Positions 61,513 through 64,000 of a DNA stretch of 64,000 nucleotides are shown here, piece after piece. The position numbers and the translations under genes were made by a program. The notes under the pieces are model-generated. The model had not been told where the DNA came from. It ran no database searches and was given only the letters and a program-made list of their open reading frames with translations. Numbering within the stretch: the stretch's first letter is position 1; every line of letters begins with the position of its first letter. This DNA comes from Azolla caroliniana (taxonomy: Eukaryota; Plantae; Polypodiophyta), in contig JBHGNT010000004.1 in the NCBI GenBank assembly GCA_043228905.1, forward strand, positions 11,780,001-11,844,000. The letters run 5' to 3'.

Positions 61513-63552
61513 TAACTTCTCTACCTTCTAATTGAAATGTTGGTGTGCGTTTCTTGTTGATCATCTAGCATGTTGCTTTGATCCCGGCCAAGCCGTTTGT
61601 GCCCTGTGCATCTCGACACCTAACGCCCTACGCATCCTCCATCTATCTTCTTCTTCTTCTTCTTCTTGAACTCTTCGGTCAGAGGCCCCCGTGGTCCCAC
61701 CTAGCTTCGCAGACACACACATAGTTACGCGACATTATTTGGTGAACTCGACGTGAAGCGGCAGCAAAGGAGTTGAAGATGAGGGGAAGTGAGCTCGTCG
61801 AAGCCATGGCTTCAGCTATCGACCGCCTAGTGAGTGCTCATGAGGGCACGGGTGCCCTTGACAGGGCCATTGAATCAATAGTTGGCACGATCCGCCGATT
61901 TGGTGGGAAGAACGCAACGAGTTATCTTGAGGCCTACCGAGCGGAGATGATAATGAGGGACATCCCGGAGGACAGGCGACTGTCCGGATTCCCTCGAGTG
62001 GTGTCATCGAGCATTAACGCAGAGGTGCTTGAGGTACAGGCTGGTTGCCGAAACTGGGAGGAGTTCAAAGGGCGGCTCCTCGGGAGGTAGGGTTTGATGA
62101 CTCGCTTCGGTTGTCGAAGTGGGAGTTCATGGAGTGGGTCGAGAGTCGGTCCTCCTCCAGGAGGAACACGTCGGTGCTCCTCCAGGAGTTCGAAAAACGG
62201 TTCGCTCGGCTTTCAGCACTGGACCGAACCATGCTCGATACGAGTCGGGTCCTACTCTTCATCAAATCGGTGGACGCGCTTGACAGGGAAAAGGTGGGTC
62301 TCCTGCTGGAGATGGATGAAGGGCTCTTGACAGATTGGTTCATGGTAAAATGGGTCTGTAGTTGTTTCGGCAAATGGCATGAGTGGAGTGACGTGGGTCC
62401 GTTGGCCACAGGAAGAGGCTAGAAGAACCGATTCCGGCTAGGAAGAAAGAGACGCGAAGGTGGATCAAGTCCGGGACGGTTCCAACCAACGCGATCAAGG
62501 GCACATCCAGGGGCACAACCCTTGAAGAACTGGCTAAGATAGTATGCGACCTCCAGGTCGCGCAAGCCCGGAGGGATAGTGGGGGACAGTCGTATGACCG
62601 GAGGCCTCCGGTCGACCAACAATGCATGTGGCGTGATGCGATCGGCCACGCCTGGAGAGACTATCCGGATTTCGCCGAGGCGCTCAAGAGTAAAGTGGTG
62701 TACCTGTGGAACGAGTGGGTGCACACATGCAAGACCCAGAAACCCTTGGAATTGAATACCGGTCGGGGCAGGATGAAGCAGTTAATGGAATAAGCTGCGG
62801 CGCGACACGTCGAGGCCGTCCATTATTCGGCGTCGACGGTGCATAGGAAAGGTCGAAGCCGGTAGGTTACCGGCTGGGCACGGAAATAGAAAGAGCGAAG
62901 GACTTGCGGAAAGTCCTCGAAGAATGGATCCTTGACAGTCGGGTGGAGCTGACTTTGAGGGAAGTACTAAGGATCGCCAAGAAGGAGTTCCACGACTCCA
63001 TCGTGGACTTGGTGAAGCGCAAGAGGCTCGCAACGGAGCCAGAGCCGGAGAACCCCATGGATGTATGAACGACGCGCTTGGATGACGCGGTCATGGAAGA
63101 TGAAGTGGTAGAGCCACTATTTGAAGCCGCACTTGGCAAGGGCAACTACGGAGACTCCCATTCAGATCGGGAACGTTAAGTAACCCGTGGTGGCGATAAT
63201 AGACCATGGGTTCGAAATCAACCTAATGTCCATGGATTTCTACAAGAAGGGGAAATGGCCGATCAATACCAAGCACAGTTGGACAATACGCACGACCATG
63301 CATGCTACGGAGGAACTACACGGGGCGTGCCCGAATGTACACGTGAAGATCAGTGATGTCGAGATTGATCAGCACTTTTTCGTGCTGGAGACCTCCTCAC
63401 ACCTAGTGATTCTCAGCGAACCATACATTACGGTAGCTCGTATGGAGACCAAAGTGTTGGACAAAAGTTCGGCGTATGCACAAGTGAAGGGCCAAGACGG
63501 GCGTCACTCCGTCCATTTTTTTACGGTGCGATCTAACCACAAGCGCAACCGT

Positions 63553-63753
63553 TGTTATACGTTTTTAGGGTTAGGGTTAATGATAATGATGATGATGATG
63601 ATTGATGATGAAGATAGACATGACGTAATAGTGAAAACGATGGAGAGTATAATGGTGAGAGAGATCATGAAGAACAAGACAAGCATTGAGGGGTGGGTGG
63701 TGGTGCCTAGAATGGCTCCACCCCCCTCCCAGGGGGGTTCAACGTAAGGGGGG

Positions 63754-63803
<50 letters not shown>

Positions 63804-63833
63804 TGTTGTTACCATACATCTCGTACGGTAACA
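63553..63833 (-). mobile_element. Internally deleted solo LTR related to H
   Basis: TGTTATACGTTTTTAGGGTTAGGG...CTCGTACGGTAACA; TSD ACCGT/ACCGC; (GA)n. Confidence 0.85.
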
Positions 63834-64000
63834 ACCGCAAGTCTCTCGACAGCAACGACTGAGAGGATTTTTAGAGAGGGCTATCAAGGCATGGGGTCGC
63901 GAAAGTCCGGAGACCCCGAAGAAACCCCACACATGTACCATAGATAGGAAATTTTGGTTCTCCGACAACGAAGGTTGTACTATAATTGGCATCAGAGATC

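Larger units (their letters stand above)
55101..64000 (+). mobile_element. G1-related gypsy G1c, 5' half (5' LTR 55101-55585 + 61518-61734, Trp PBS, degenerate gag and protease)
   Basis: TGTCGTGGGG...CGCGACA; gag RFGGKNATSYLEAYRAEM; protease AIIDHGFEINLM at 63187. Confidence 0.88.

Overview
This window is almost entirely nested plant LTR retrotransposons: about 17 insertions or remnants, resolved from LTR ends (TG...CA), primer-binding sites (PBS), polypurine tracts (PPT) and target-site duplications (TSD). No host gene is recognisable. It is probably from a seed-free land plant such as a fern (inference from element types and the CG/CHG mutation pattern). Families (my labels): C1 = Tnt1-related Ty1/copia; C2 = a second copia family with an extended pol tail; G1/G2 = tRNA-Trp-primed Ty3/gypsy; G3 = Tat/OTA-like gypsy; H = a non-coding LTR element; plus a chromovirus-like gag remnant. 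Positions 1-51458 appear to lie inside one old copia insertion, nested up to 7 levels deep. 51459-55100 is AT-rich with no recognisable coding sequence. Highlights: (1) two unrelated-looking elements (G3 and H) have no PPT and instead carry the same ~40-nt structured tRNA-Arg-3'-half-like motif ending in CCA just upstream of the LTR, a candidate PPT-independent plus-strand priming system; (2) a three-LTR copia that carries an identical copy of a gypsy/copia junction found 26 kb upstream; (3) a one-LTR copia that ends at an internal CA yet has a perfect TSD; (4) a tRNA-derived Pol III A/B-box module inside a gypsy LTR; (5) a conserved stem-loop enclosing the PPT of C2. Coordinates were read by eye and may be off by a few bases.
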